Origin: Orbicella franksi
Taxonomy: Eukaryota
DNA length: 64,000 nucleotides
Assembly (NCBI GenBank): GCA_964199315.1
Contig: OZ116708.1
Coordinates: 21,390,001-21,454,000, forward strand
Direction of reading: 5' to 3'
Shown here: positions 49,601 to 62,438 of the stretch, in pieces
Numbering within the stretch: position 1 is the first letter of the stretch
Layout: each line of letters opens with the position of its first letter
Notes under the pieces: generated by a model
Told to the model about the DNA's origin: nothing
Database searches by the model: none
What the model saw: only the letters and a program-made list of their open reading frames with translations
Program-made: the position numbers and the translations under genes

Positions 49601-52092
49601 GCTTGGAAGTACAACTTGAATTAACATGTAGGTGTGGACAAGTGGAGCAGCAATATACTGACACATGTAATGTCTTATACTGTGGGGATTACAGTTAGCA
49701 TGAGAAATTAGGGTAACTTCACTGATCAAAACATTATTTCTCAAGCTGTCTCAGGGTGCAATGAAAACAAATTTTAGGGCTTGCCTTTGGACAAGCTCTC
49801 ACTATGGTGTTTTTACCTAAAACTCATTCTCACTAGCCCCCAAAAAGTCCATTTGTTGCAGAACAAGCAGATAAGTGGAAGAGCAATACACGCCTGTTCA
49901 GGAGGCTAGTTCTTCTCTTGCAGAACTTCTGTACTTTGATTCCTCAAAAATTTTGTCAAGTTAAAATGAAGGTGGTATATGGGGTGACAGGACTTTTAAT
50001 GCGGGATGCAGAATAAAAACATTTTGGTAGGAGAGGGATTTGCTCATTTTGACAGGCAGGATGCAGGACAGTTTTAAAATTGACGGCGACATGCGGGATG
50101 AAAAACAGAAAATCACAGGATACGGATGTTACCTGGAGAACTGCAACTTTATCCAGGCGGGATCAAGATAGACATTCTGACTGGGGCGGGATGGCGGGAT
50201 CAAGGCAAAAATAGAGGTGGGATGCAGGATTGAAAAAAACCTTATTGTACTTTCCCTTTTCACCAGCTTTAACCTAACAAACAACATTGATGGACAACAC
50301 ATGTTGTCAAATGTACCAAATGGCCCAGTTACAAATGGAGTCATGACTTTAGCAGTGACTTCAGAAGGGGACTCAGTCACTGACCATGGCTTTGACGAAC
50401 GCCTGTCACCTCATGTCACGCCAGATAGTGTGACATCTAGTGTCACGCCAGACACAAATGGACCAACACCTTTAAACGCTTATGAAAATGGCCACGAAAC
50501 CCAAGAACATTACAACGGTAGCAGTTCAACTGCGATGGGAGCTGCTGCTGAAGAAAAATCCATGGCACCAGAAGAAGCCCCTCCACCAATACAAGAACTA
50601 AGTGAAGAAAAAACTGTTACAAATAAGGAAAATGAAACTACTCAAGGAGAGGAAGCACCTGAAAGTGAAAGTGCGGATGGTGTGCCTGTGGATAAGGAGG
50701 CAGAGGCTGGCATCCCTGCAGAAGAAAAACAAGCCACAGACTCAAGTCGAGAAGAAGCGAAACAACCGCCAGATTCTGACGAAGGTGAGTGGACACATTT
50801 CTTATGCATACATGACGCAGTACAGAGCCCTCCCTTGTAAGTGGACACATGTTTTATTCAAACATGATGCCATGCAAACATGCGAGACATTGTCAGCATT
50901 GTGTACTTGACACCTAGACTGCAATACAGTCGTTTTCGGACGTTTTCGGAAGGCGTGAAGCACCGTAAGCGCGATCCTCGCGTGTGAAGCGCGCGAGGAT
51001 CGCGTCTCTCTCCATTCTCCCTCGCCGTTTTTACACTCGCTCCAGACCTTTCGTTCGAATATTGACCGTCGCTCGCGTTCGCAAAAATACGACTGTTTTG
51101 CAGTCTACTTGACACCAAGCAGATGAAGGTTCCTCCTGTGAAATTTGTTCATCATCTGTACATGCATACTGTTTCATGGCATTGCAAATGGAGATTTCTT
51201 TGCAAATGCTTTTTTCCCTGATCAGCAACTGGTCGGTTTGAAATTTTTTGTACTACAGTAGAAGGCACCTCAGTGTTTCTATTTGCTGAGATAGAAAAAG
51301 CCATCTAACAGGCCTTATCACGGTTTTCGACGCCATCTTGACGGGTAGGCAAAGCAGACAGAAATTATAGTGTTTTTATGGGAACCCGATGGTAAATAAC
51401 GTTTGTTAAATTGAATTTGCACAACTTACGAATCGCAGCTTAACCAGGCTAGGTTTCAGATTGTATTCACTAAATTTGAAGGACGTAGCTGAGCTAGAAG
51501 ACGCACAGTTAACTTTAATTTCCCATACATTTGTCTGTAATTTCTTCCCGCGAACCGCGTCTACCCAGCCAAATATACAGACAAATGTATGGAAAATTAG
51601 AAAAATTAACTTGGTGAATACAATCTTCTACCTAGTATTTTAACTTTGTGATTCACAAATTGTGTAAAATTGAGTAAAAGTTTTCTGCCATCGGATTCCA
51701 ATACAAACACTGTAAGTTCTGACTGCTTGCCAACCCGTCAAGATGGCGTCAAAAACCGTGAATAGACCTATTGTTTTAGGACAACCCACTAATTGATCTA
51801 ACAAACAGCAAAAAAACAAAAAAGAGGATTATTTCAGAAACTACGACAGCTAGCAACACTCACTCAGAGCTACTTGAGTCAGAGTTATTTACTCCATGTT
51901 TGTGTAAGATATCTGTGTGGAGATAATAGATTAAGTATGGCATTTCATAGGAAAGAAAAGGGAAGTATGCAAATTTTCTTTTTTATTTCAGCTGCAGAAT
52001 CTGTTCAGCAGGAGACGACAGAGGAATCTAAGAACCACGAAGCAAGTGAAACAAGCAAAGAGCAAGCAGAAGAACCTATGGATGAAAACTAA
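43688..52092 (+). CDS. PPP4R2: Serine/threonine-protein phosphatase 4 regulatory subunit 2, 352 aa
   Basis: Exons 43688-43724, 43821-43908, 46046-46094, 47266-47387, 48484-48577, 49317-49366, 50267-50784, 51992-52092 (1059 nt, phase-consistent); [34 protein letters not shown] signature; acidic low-complexity tail. Confidence 0.93.
47580..48207. mobile_element. Composite tRNA-headed tandem repeat insertion (one inverted plus ~1.7 direct 258-bp units) with 12-15 bp flanking direct repeat
   Basis: A box tagctcagtgg and B box ggttcgattcc in 77-nt cloverleaf-like heads at 47780-47856 and 48038-48114 (+) and ~47631-47707 (-); cacaacatatttgta at 47565-47579 and 48208-48222. Confidence 0.8.
48778..49047. 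repeat. Interspersed repeat with internal gggactagt.gcaggga direct/inverted subrepeats (probable MITE remnant)
   Basis: Multiple ctagtccctgc / gcagggacta motifs in both orientations. Confidence 0.45.
50915..51107. mobile_element. Non-autonomous DNA transposon with TAG...CTA ends and 9-bp TSD (AcademH-like)
   Basis: cttgacacc-TAGACTGCAATACAGTCGT ... ACGACTGTTTTGCAGTCTA-cttgacacc. Confidence 0.8.
51307..51772. mobile_element. MITE with ~55-bp TIRs; partial related copy at ~35200-35420
   Basis: tcacggttttcgacgccatcttgacgggtaggcaa mirrored by ttgccaacccgtcaagatggcgtcaaaaaccgtga. Confidence 0.7.
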
Positions 52093-52593
52093 CGTTATCC
52101 TGTTGTAATATTCCAGTTTCTCCATAAACCGTTGGCTCGGCAAGTCGCTACGCTATTTTCATTGGTTTCCATCCGTTCCGAATACAAGAACACACAAGAA
52201 GAGATTGCCACTTTTTTTCAATTTTTCAAATCAAAGTGTTCAGAAAGTACATCGAAAGTGGAGCACTTGAGAATGTTCGGTTATTTATACTGTATTTTTT
52301 TGTTTTTCATTTCTTTTACATTTTCATTCGTTGTTTCAGTCGGGAGAGATGTTCTCGTACTCGTAAATCTTCGTAGCAGGCTCGGAAAAGTTACCGATTC
52401 TTACTATCCAATCAAAACAGCAAAAATATTGACGAGCTCACCGATAGTTGTTTCGTCATCATTTGCGTCACAAGACTACGTCACGTTGCTTAGCAAATGA
52501 CAAAAGCTGTGGTCTCTCCATGTAACTCGCATGACTACTCAACTGACATTTGATAATCTCACCTCGCTGTTTTTCTTTCCCCTCAAACATTAA

Positions 52594-52827
52594 AGGGGCT
52601 CAGTCACGGTTTGCGCATATTGAAAAGTTTAGTCTCAAGTTTTCAAATTCGTCGTTTGTAATCCGCGTCAATCTTCTCCATCCTTAGCCATCCTTGTACC
52701 TTTATGGTTTATCATTATCTCTTTGGTGTTTTTCTATCTTATTAAACTGTTATTTTCAGGTTTCCTACCATTTAAAGGTAATTTTGTGTGTGGCCAAAAT
52801 AACTCAAAATACCGTGACTGAGCACCT
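52594..52827. mobile_element. MITE with TTAA target site (Kolobok-like)
   Basis: TTAA-aggggctcagtcacggt ... accgtgactgagcacct-TTAA. Confidence 0.75.
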
Positions 52828-54333
52828 TTAACATCTTTTGTACATTACTTCTTTACTTTACTTTTGGAGTTGAATTCTCCTATAACTCTTCTTTACTCTT
52901 CTATGTTCATTATTCTTCTATTGTCAGCCCTCTTTTAGTAAGTAGGGAAAAAGTGTAGCCGGCCGCGCGTGTCGCACGCGCGAAGGTCAAACGCACTAGG
53001 AAAGATCTACATTAAAAAACGCGCGAGCAAAAAAAACCTGCTTTTTGCCTCGCAACTGAAATGTTTATACCCTTGAATTGCTGTTAGTCCTTTTTTACCT
53101 TGTCTGCCATTTACAGATGTGACTTTTAGTCCTCTTTACGTTGTATTGTTGCAATTTTTTTTACGTTTTCATGTGCTCTCTCATTTCTACTGATTAATTT
53201 TAAGAGAAGGTGACATTGGTCACTCATGGGACTAAAAATGTTTAATTGATGCAACCGTGAGCGAGGACGCTAAACTTTGTTTTAAGCCTCTTCAAAAAAA
53301 TTGTTCAGCAATTTTAGTCGGTAGATAAGTCACAAAAAAGTGGAAATTCTTTCCCCAAGAGTTTATCGACGTATGTATAGAAGTCGCAATAAAAGAATTA
53401 ATCAAGTCGGTCAATTGTCATGACTTGTCTTGTGTGTCAGTGACCTGTCAGGAGTGTCAATTTCGTTCCCAGAGCCCGTGCGTTCCGGCTGTACGAAACG
53501 AGAAAACCCCTAGCGGAGAGAGAGAATTAAGCCACGCCCACAAAACAGGATTTTAGTACCTAGCCTCTTGGGCCCATGGGGGTTCTTCTGGAAATGTTTG
53601 ATGGGCACCCTCGTCCACGCCGGAACCAGATAATCGTGATTCCGGCCTGGGTGGCTCAATTTGACCGGTCGGAACCCCAGAGACCGAAATTCGTTGTTTC
53701 ATTTTGAAAAACTGCTCTGTTCGACAGTATTGAACAAGGATGCGTTGGCCTACTTCTCTTCAGCAGATTTTACTTTAACCTGAGTATCAGGGCTTTGTTA
53801 AATTGCTTCCTCCTCCTACCCCGCGAGTAAGAAAAGTCTGCTACTCAGGCTGTGGGAGAATAGAAGGGAGCCTCGTTGCCGCGTTGGCAAGGCGTGACAT
53901 TGCTAGAACCCATTCCTACTGGGCAGTTAATAGATGTCGAAGTGAGTGTCGCCAAGTAACGCCATCTTAACTTTGCCAACTTGGGATTGAGTTCTTAGCT
54001 GTGGGAAGCTTGCAGGTTTGTTTTCTGTCACCGTTAACCTTCGTTTTCCGTCGCTAGTCAAGAAATCGCATCAGCTCGATCATATGCTCTTGAGTCAATC
54101 ACAGCAGTGCGAATCGAAGAATTTGCATGCATCGCTAGGCTAAGGGGAGTGTTTCACACTTTTTACGAGTCAGTTTAAATACTTAATTCAGATCTTCGTA
54201 GAGCTTCAATGTTGCTTTGCGTTGTGTTTACTCTGGAAAATTGAGGAAGATTGCTGGCGTCCATAATTCATTACGTATTAAGTACTTAAGCTTCGATACG
54301 AAGGGCTATGAGAAATTTTTATGTAAATTAAGC

Positions 54334-55159
54334 TCGGCAGGTATATTTTGCAGGGTGCAGGGTGCAGGGTGCAGGTTGAAATTTAATTATAACTGAAAAA
54401 CCGCTGGCACTAAAAATAATTAATAACCTACATACTCGTCAGGGGTTCTTACATAAAGTAGTTCGCCTCTTTCACGTAGTGAAAACACGCTGTTATTAAT
54501 ATTTAGGCCTTCTTTGGCAATCTTCTAACTTGTTACACCGTGTACAGAAACCAGAGACTTCGTACGCTTCCCAACATGTTTGTGATCGCACTTAGTTTGG
54601 GCGATGTTCTCATGTCCATCGAAAACACGATCGATCCGCTATAAGTACTTATCGATCGACACGCAGAGACTGGTGAAATCTCTTCAAAGCCATCTGGATG
54701 GCCGCTCCACAGATGTCTCCATCGATTCCAGATTTGGCTCGAGTCTTCCCTCAACAACAGAAGATTGCCATCACAAATGAAGCAAATAAATAAAGAAATG
54801 AAATAATATAAGATTTTAACCGACGGAATATACTAGCGCAAGCTCAGTGTGCTTTCATTTTGGTACTCACAGGGAAGAAACCAAATTCAGCAGATATTTC
54901 AGATGATATTTCAGATGTTTCTTCAAAAACAATAATTAATTGCAGGCTTAAAATCATTGAAATATACTCTCCTCCCATCGCTTCGGCCGGTTTGGCACTT
55001 AGGTGGAAGCTACCTTTCTGAGCGACTGTAAACAGCATCATGTAACAGTCACGGTAATTCTACCAACTGTACGTTCTTTCAAGTGCCAGCGGTTTTCCAG
55101 TTATAATTACATTTCAACCTGCAACCTGCAACCTGCACCCTGCAAAATATACCTGCCGA
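54334..55159. mobile_element. 826-bp non-autonomous DNA transposon with ~80-bp TIRs and 6-bp TSD
   Basis: ttaagc-TCGGCAGGTATATTTTGCAGGGTGCAGG... ...CCTGCACCCTGCAAAATATACCTGCCGA-ttaagc. Confidence 0.85.
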
Positions 55160-55785
55160 TTAAGCTTGCTGTTCAGCATATCAATCAGCATATAATCAGG
55201 TTATACTGTATGTAGCTGAACACTAAACACGCGGCTAATATGACCAGTTTGTTAACTTAAAAAACGTTCAAAGTAAACCAGATGTGACTTAGATCAAACT
55301 TCATAAGTTACGTGAGCAAAGTGCACTGTCTATTAGAAATTTGATCTTCGTAGCGCCAGTTTATTTGTCAGATCCACTTCAATCCATTTTAGCTCCACGA
55401 CAACAAAGACTAAACAATTTAAGTTTGGATGATTGCACTTAAGTGCAATACCAGTAACAAATATCAGTGTTGGAAAGAGGGGCTCCTAAGCCATAGAATT
55501 AATCAATAATAATGTTCTAATAATTTATCTTTTATGTTACTTTGGGCACTTCCAGAAAATATCCATACTCCCCCCCCCCCCCCCCCCCCTACAGAAGGGA
55601 TTGGGGAAGGGGATTCTGTAAGACCAAATAATTTAAAGAAATATATGAAGCTTTTAAATTATTAGAATTTCCAGAGGGGAAGGGGGGTCTTAAATAAAAT
55701 CCCTTCTGTGGGGGGGTATGGCTATTTTCTGGAACTACACATTTCTGATACATTACTAATATATACATTTGTTCTATCTACAGAA

Positions 55786-58700
55786 ATGGGTGGAAATCAA
55801 TCTAATTTACCCCCTCGACCGCTGGGTTTTGAATATTTTTGTATAGCCCTCCGTACGACAGATAGGATGCGAGTCGTACTTGGTACAGATCATGAGATTA
55901 GCATTATTCGCCAGGCTATCGTAGAATCATGGCCTAAGGGTATACAGGAAGAAGAATTCAAAATGAATGGGGTACATCAATTCAAGCTTAAAGGGAATCC
56001 ATTTTCCGTGGCTTCTTCGTCAACTGATGCGGCAGATTCCAGGAAATTGGGAGGGAATGTCCTGCATAGGCTTTACCGAGATGGATGGAGGCTCCAGGTT
56101 GCTGGAGACTTCACGCAGACAACGGATCTTACTACCTGGATCTTCAAGAAAGACCCAAATGCTGTATGTCCATCTGTGCCGTTTCTTATCGTGGGCCTTA
56201 GCAGCTGGGACAGTTTGATGGTACTCAATGGACCAATGGAGCTCCATCAGGTCATTAAAGATGCAGTAGAGAAGTCATGGCCAAGTGGAATACAAAAATG
56301 GACATATGAAAATGATGTTTTGAAGGTCAAGATGAAAGGCAATCCTTGGCATACGAATGGAGAAGACACAGTGCATGCGAGAGTGATACTGCATACACTT
56401 GTGAGTGAGCTACTCATTCGAGGGTGGAAGTTGTATGGAAATTCCAACCTTAGAAGCAGTGCTAACACCCTTTTTTTCGAACGTGACACAAACATCTCAC
56501 CTGGGATGCAGCCCTCTCCAGTGTACTGCACAATAAGCTTCAACAGCGAGGACCTGCTCCGGTTGATTGGCTTTCCAGAGGGCATGGTATCTGCTGTCCG
56601 AAACACCATCCAGACCTTCTGGGCAAGAGGTATCCAAGGAGAATCACGCTATGCTGAGAGTTGGCAGTTCAAGCTACGTGGAACCCCATGGTGGGCATCA
56701 GGTACCGAGGCAGTGGACTCAAGATTTCTGGTACTGAAGCTGATAGAAGCTATCCAAGCATACGGTTGGAGTGTGGTCACTGCTATTGATTGCTCAAGGA
56801 AAGATTCTGATAAAAGCAGTCTACTGTTCACACAGTCCCAACCAAGACAGTCTCCATTCTTTTGCATAAGCTTGAATGAGTCTGACAAATTGCGGCTGAT
56901 AAATGCACCAGACAATATCACACAGGTAAGTGGTAATGATTACATTGAAATTTCCATGTCAGTTCTTAATTCCAAAATTAACAGAAAACTATCTGAGAAG
57001 ACATAATATTTGTGCTTTGAAAGGAATGCTATTTTGAGATAACTTTTGTTTACTAGCACTTTGAACCTAACTTGTCTAGCGATTACCTTTTTGGCTGTTA
57101 TCAGTCATAATAAATATATTTATTATGTGCAGCATTTGCCAACAAACCTTGAAAAAAAGAAACCAACAAAGGGTCAAAATCTACCAATTGCAACCCACAC
57201 GACATGGCTTTTTGAACCCATCAATCAGAAGTTAACTACTCTTTCTTGAGAGGTTGACACTAGTGAAACATGAAAATATCAAAACATTAAATAGCTTAGA
57301 AAAACAACATTACATTTATATCATAATACAAATGTATGTGCACTAGGTGGAATTTTTTGCCCAATAGCCCTGCAAAAGTTTCTGAGAGGGAAATTTGACA
57401 AAATCTATGACATCAGAGGGTAAGCTTGCATTGTTACCCATGAACATTGGCCAATGACCGCTGTTTTCACACTGATCTAAAAAACTGTCTGTCCATGTGA
57501 CAGATCATTTCAATCAGTGACTGGTGCTAAAGGGAAACAGTTGTCAAATGATTTTATTCCCTGAGAATTTGTAATGTTTCCCAGTTTCTCTTGGGACCAG
57601 TCACTACAGAGTGTGTTCTGTTTCTGTTCTGTTCTGTTTGTTTATTTTGCCTTTTTGCTTAATGTACAGTATTTATAAATATTTTAATGCGAGGTAAGGT
57701 GACCTTTAGAAACCATCAGGCTTTTAGTTGAGGCCGCCTCGTACATAACTTACAATACAGTTACATAAGTAATGCAACAGTGTGCAGCTTTGCCAGTTCA
57801 GTAATTATTTTACTAAAAACTCTAGCAGTTTTTGCTTAAAATTGGGGAAACTTTGTGTAAATGTTCTCCACAATACCATGTACAGTAAGCTTAATATCTG
57901 GCTTTCATTCACTCATGAAATTATACAGATTTTGCTACCACTATTTTTGTGTCCAATCCTTCCACCCCCCCCCCCCCCAAAAAAAAAAATGTGGTGTCAG
58001 GTGTGAATGCACTCGTAAAATATTTTATGACTCTACTATTTCCGACTTAGTGTACCAATCCCTCTATTACAACATTAAACACTTGATAGCTGGTCCTGAG
58101 AGAAACAGCTTAAACAAAATTGCTGTAAATGTCTTTGTTGCGATATACATGTATGAAACAAATCACTGAAAAAAAGAGTTTGTGTGTAGTGGAAGTTATG
58201 GTCAACATTCACAGGTAACAGACTGCATTGTTATATAGCTGGCGTTTTTCCCGCCACAGCGCACCCATTTATTGGCTAGTTCATGGTCATATGACATCTA
58301 ACAATGACACTGTTACCTGCCAAAATTAATGCCATGAGCGGGCAACATTGTGAAAACTGTGACCTCAAAATTAATGGGAAACAGTTAACTGTTACCGGCG
58401 AAATGTTGACCACTGTTGCACATCATTTGTCAATAGAGTGCTTATAAAAACTTGTTTTCCACCAGTTTGACCCATTTGTTTTGCTATATAACAAATCACT
58501 TAATGACTGGTCCCTTGGGGAACAGTGAATTTTGTTTCCCAAGAATCTCAATGTTTCCCGAGATGAAGTTGAGAGAGACATTGAGATTCTCAGGAAACAA
58601 AATTCACTGTTCTCCTCAGGACAGGTCAAGAAGTGTTAACTGTTACCCTGTGACATCATGGATTTTGCAATGTTGCTTGCTCAGAGACAGCAAAAAAGAG

Positions 58701-59922
58701 TTTTATTGTACAGTTATGCATGTCATATTACCTCAAAGAAACAACTGAAAGCACATGCTATTGGAGAAAACATTCCTGCTATAATAACAATTTTAAAAAG
58801 ATGATTCCCAGTCCATACTGTGCAGTCTCAGCACCCTAATGTTTATAAGTCTCACTCGATGGAATGGGAATCAATGTTACTCATTATGAACAACATACCT
58901 CATCTTTGAGGCCTTTCAAATTCTTTTCCAACAGCTTCATTGATTTTTACAGATGCAAAGTTATTTCATCAAATTATATGAGAAAGAACAAAGCATCAGG
59001 CTTTGCATCCATAATGGCGGTTGACATGAAACTTTGAATTTATTTCATGTAAGTAGTGGCAAAATGTTACATTTTGTGATGTCTCAAATGACGCAAAACA
59101 AAAACTTAAATATGTAAACGAACTCTCGATAGTGCACAGTACTAACAGGAAATCGTCTTTAATGCGCTATTCAGTAACACGCAGACTCTAAAATTCAAAG
59201 CTCGCCGGCTCCTCCCAGTTTCCAACTACTGCCAAGCTCTGTTTCATTGTCTGAACTGTGCTTAAGGATTTGATTACCGTGTGCTTGGCACTAGTCAGAA
59301 GCTGGGAGGAACCACCAAACATTTGATTGACGGTAACAAAAAACGCATTTGTTGGTTGAGCTTTGAATTTTGGAGTCTGCATGTCCTTGAAAGGTGCAGT
59401 AAATATGACTCAGTTCTTTTGTCTTGTGATATTCAGATTTGCCGAGAAGTCATTCAATCCCAGTATGTCCTTGGTGTGCAAAGAGAACAGCTTTACGGCA
59501 CAAGTTATGAGTTCAAATTTAATGGCTACCCCTGGAGTTGTGGAATTAATGGTCATGATGGACTCCATGGCAGAAACATGATATGTCATTTGATTGCCAC
59601 CCTGGCCAGAAATAACTGGAGGCTGGTCATGGCAGCAGATGTATCTGCCAAGTATATTCACCAGGACAAAGGTGAAGACTATCCACTGGACGTGGACAGT
59701 ATTTTCTTCACATATGATCCAATGGCAGCTCAAGCGACAGCACCACCCTATGCCCAGCCTCCATCTTACGGGCTGCTTCCACAAGGTCAACCTCCACCAC
59801 CATTTGTTCCTGCACCGTATGCTCCTGCACCATACCCTTCAGCACCGTACGCTCCTGCACCCTCCACTGAACCCCCACCATTTGCTCCTCCAGCCTATGG
59901 GATGTATCCTCCTCCTCAGTGA
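55786..59922 (+). CDS. Uncharacterised 541-aa protein: N-myristoylation consensus, four ~110-120 aa internal repeats, Pro/Tyr-rich PPxY tail
   Basis: Coding exons 55786-56925 (donor acacag|gtaagt) and 59437-59922 (acceptor attcag|ATT), phase 0; the join LRLINAPDNITQ|ICREVIQSQY completes repeat 4; acceptor at 55783 implies an upstream UTR exon; AATAAA at 60054. Confidence 0.85.
58250..58690. repeat. Interspersed repeat ending in ~140-bp imperfect hairpin; related decayed copy at ~57330-57610
   Basis: gactggtcccttggggaacagtgaattttgtttcccaagaatctcaatgttt ... acattgagattctcaggaaacaaaattcactgttctc. Confidence 0.6.
59159..59402. mobile_element. Palindromic MITE, same family as 27577-27860, one arm internally deleted
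   Basis: ctctaaaattcaaagctc ... aaaacgcatttgttggttgagctttgaattttggagtctgcatg..aaaggtgcagtaa. Confidence 0.7.
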
Positions 59923-62438
59923 AGAGGGCTGAGAACAGCACCTGGCCCAAAAGGGCCTTGTATGTACATGTATTATTAAAACAAGGTCCCAAGTGTGTAC
60001 ACACCTAACCAAAGATGGTCCATAGTATACATATGTCTAATAAGGACCTTGTAAATAAAAACTGTATTTATTTAATAATTGAAAATTTCGTATAGGGGAA
60101 CTGTTTACAATATTATTTGGATCATTATCATATTAGTACTTCAGTCCCTGAACGAGCTAGAAAAGTATCAGTTCTAATCAGGGCATGGCGCAATTGAATG
60201 TGCCACAAATTTTGAGCATGTGTGATCCCTAAGGGATCAGGAAATATATAAACTTCAAAATTTCATACAAAATGTTCGGGTACAGCCTTTTTTTGACACC
60301 CAGAAATTTTGCAGTTCTCAAAGTCAATCTTGATTTTGCACCCAGAGTTAGGATTTCACCAATTATTAGGCTTCACAAGCACTGTAATTGTTTGGAGTCA
60401 ATTTGTATCTAGCACGATGCATCAAATTCATATCTATGCATAGGTTTATGCTACTGAGGCAAAGTGTACACGGAATGCAGTCATAGAGATTCCCCTGCAC
60501 ATTGTAGACCAAATATGCAAACGAAACATGGTGTAAGAATGGTATACAATTTTTGCTTTGAATGAACAGATCTTAGATAGGGTAAATGGGCTATATATGA
60601 GGTAGTGTTTACATGTGAAAACTCATGCTGGTGTGAGTTCTGTAGCAATATATGACTAGGTGACTTCATAATGTGTACCTGTTTTCTTCATTTCACATCC
60701 AACCCTGTTGGGGAGAGGAGTTACTCTACAAAGTTCCACACTGGGAAGCTCAGCTCAAGATCCAACCTCTCACCCTTTTGTATACCATTTTGACAGTAAA
60801 GGTACCCCTTTCGAATACCTTCAATTGAAAAAAGGTACCCCTTCACATACGTTCATAACTGGCATGTATTTTGAATATATTGCCAAAAAAGGAAAACTGC
60901 TTGTTATTTTCATGTGGTGTTTAATAAGTGAAATGATACAGCCATGGGGTGCGTCTGGTCACAGTATTTTATTTGAAGGCCCTTTAAAATACATGCAACT
61001 AAATGAAATATTTTAATTAGAGGCCTTTAATTAAAATACATGTAACTAACTGACAGATTTCCCTACCCTTTCATGTACCTCAACTTGCAAAATCCCTACC
61101 CTTTTACCAAAGCTAGACAAAGGTACCCCTTTCGGTTTGAGCCTCCCATATAGGTCATTATGAGGAGCACCCCCATGGGAATCTGACATGGTTTATGTGA
61201 CAACATCTTGAGGTGAGTAATTCCAGAAACAACACCTGCAAATATTAAAATTTAAAGTCTACCAAAAGACTGACTTTCCTTCAAGGGGGGATTCCCATAT
61301 GAAAAGGTCAGGGGTGCTTGTCAGAAAATTTGAATTTAACCCCCGAGGGAGATCAATCTGGGTGTGGCTCAAGATTTAATTGATCCCTGTAAAATAGCAT
61401 GTACCACTTCAAAGGGACATGAAGTTTTTTTGTTTTTTTTTAGCTTTTTCTTCCAGTGTAACCCTGATACCCTAGGGCATGAACCTTGACACCACTTCGT
61501 CCTGAACACCCTAAGTGAAACCAAAACCCTGATTTACACCCCTGAGGGAGGGGAGCAGCATTCTCGACCTTTCCAAATGGGAATAGTCACCCCCCCCCCC
61601 CACCCTTCCGAGGCTGATTTCATCCTGAAAACAAGGGGTCATTTGTTGTTTCGACATGTTACTGATGCTAGATTTTGTATGGGAATAAAAATTTAAAGCG
61701 GGTACTGTGACTGAATGAACATGACTCAGCACGACTCAAAAGGGTGTGACACGTGCTGATATCAGCTAAACAAAAACAGAGCCATAAGAGGAGGGAGCTC
61801 AGGGTGGACTCCCATATAGAGGGGCGTGAAGGTGTAAAATGGGAATTGAGATTTGCCCGTTTTGGGGCTGGGAAAATGGGATTTACTGCACTGGGACAGG
61901 GATTCAACTACTGGGTATGGGATGAACAATTTCGGGTGAGGGATTTTTATTTTTAGCGCTCTCTGACCCTAGTTTTTGACACCACTGCTTAATTGAGCCT
62001 ATTCTTTTACATAAAGAATTAAAATTCTACATCATTAGACTTCAGTAGGCACAAAATCATGACATTTTTCGTTTCCGCGTTCTAGCTACCAGGCTCTACA
62101 TGGTTTTATTGTTAAGTTCTGTCTGTTTTCCTGGTCAGCGGTTTGTTGTTGATGGAATGATATGCGCATCTTTGCACGTGGCGGGAAAGATAAAAATGGC
62201 GTCCAATTCGCGGACTATTGATAATCAAAATCAAGTATATCAACGCAAAAAATGCTGTAATGCGCACAGAAAATAGTAAACTTATGTCTTGGAAATGGTG
62301 GCATGTTAATTGGTGCATCCAACGCTACAAAGAGTATTTACTCGATCACAACTGATTTTGACGGAGACGGGAGTAGGTGTCCTCGGAGCATTGAATGTTA
62401 TGTGCAGCTATGCAGGCAGTTGAACAAATGTTAGTTCT

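Noticed and set aside
55708-55785. Longer N-terminus of ORF 55708-57006 and read-through past 56925; also the 59281 start of the last ORF
   Set aside because: These parts lie in introns, as shown by the strong acceptor at 55783, donor at 56926 and acceptor at 59436
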